Program-made: the position numbers and the translations under genes
From: Octopus sinensis
Lineage: Eukaryota
DNA length: 64,000 nt
Direction of reading: 5' to 3'
Assembly (NCBI RefSeq): GCF_006345805.1
Contig: NC_043010.1
Location: forward strand, 48,794,001 to 48,858,000
Shown here: piece after piece, positions 63,512 through 64,000 of the stretch
How positions within the stretch are numbered: position 1 is the first letter of the stretch
Layout: each line of letters starts with the position of its first letter
Notes under the pieces: generated by a model
The model's input: the letters and a program-made list of their open reading frames with translations, nothing else
Told to the model about the DNA's origin: nothing
The model's database searches: none

Positions 63512-63589
<78 letters not shown>

Positions 63590-63790
63590 GATACAGATAT
63601 AGATATGTGTGTGTGTGTCTATGTTTGTTCCTACCACTGCTTGATAACCTGTGTTGATGTGTTTACACGTCTCCGTTATCTAGCGGTTCGGCAAAACTGA
63701 TCGATAGGAAAGGTACCAAGCTTAAAATTCTTCAATGTTCTGTCCCAGCATACCCGCAGTCTAATAAATGAAAGAAGTAAAAGAAGATAC
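63120..63790 (+). mobile_element. SINE family A whose internal microsatellite carries a hammerhead-motif element (63330-63500)
   Basis: 5' half at 63120-63270, 3' half at 63610-63790; uuu-CCGACGA-A-GAGC-ucc-GCUC-GAAAC-GUU-aaa at 63372-63404. Confidence 0.7.
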
Positions 63791-63946
63791 AAATATTACA
63801 GGCATCCCCCCCACACACACACACATTAAATAAACATAGACGCACATAGAGATAGAAGCATGCGCAAATGAAGACATACAATAGAAATGCAAAATGGCTG
63901 ACGGTTAGTAAGGAGAGACACAAATAAGAAAGAAGAAAACAAAGGA

Positions 63947-63986
63947 CCACTGATGCGGTCACAGGAGTGTGACGAAAGAACTCTGG
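63947..63986 (+). ncRNA. Hammerhead motif homologous to 18185-18224, A9 mutated to C
   Basis: cca-CUGAUGC-G-GUCAC-aggagu-GUGAC-GAAA-G-aa-CUC-ugg; flanks 63880-64000 align to 18180-18290. Confidence 0.55.
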
Positions 63987-64000
63987 CCGAAATAAGATTA

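Overview
AT-rich, microsatellite-saturated eukaryotic genomic DNA with a 100-N scaffold gap at 4814-4913. The mix of tRNA-derived SINE families suggests an octopus (coleoid cephalopod); this is an inference from repeat content, not a database match. There is no intact long gene or intact transposase, and most entries in the ORF track are translations of (TA)n, (CA)n, (TATG)n, (AAT)n and (CT)n repeats. The window is mostly: several SINE families, working names A-E (A = bipartite with an internal microsatellite, B = Nin/Deu-core, C = tRNA-Arg-like head, D/E = CORE/Meta-like core); decayed LINE pieces (Dong/R4, CR1, RTE, a zinc-knuckle ORF1); mariner, hAT and Helitron non-autonomous elements; and many inverted repeats and palindromes. 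One plausible host gene is seen on the + strand: a spliced exon starting a signal peptide (MKLLTVFGFVCVLIFVQG, 26195-26246). The two most interesting signals are (1) a young Nin-core SINE found repeatedly inserted, with target-site duplications, into the same GGTATTTC site in the head of its own family and older relatives, building tandem arrays, and (2) about nine minimal hammerhead-ribozyme-like motifs of the Penelope/retrozyme type, one with an intact catalytic core and a covarying stem I.
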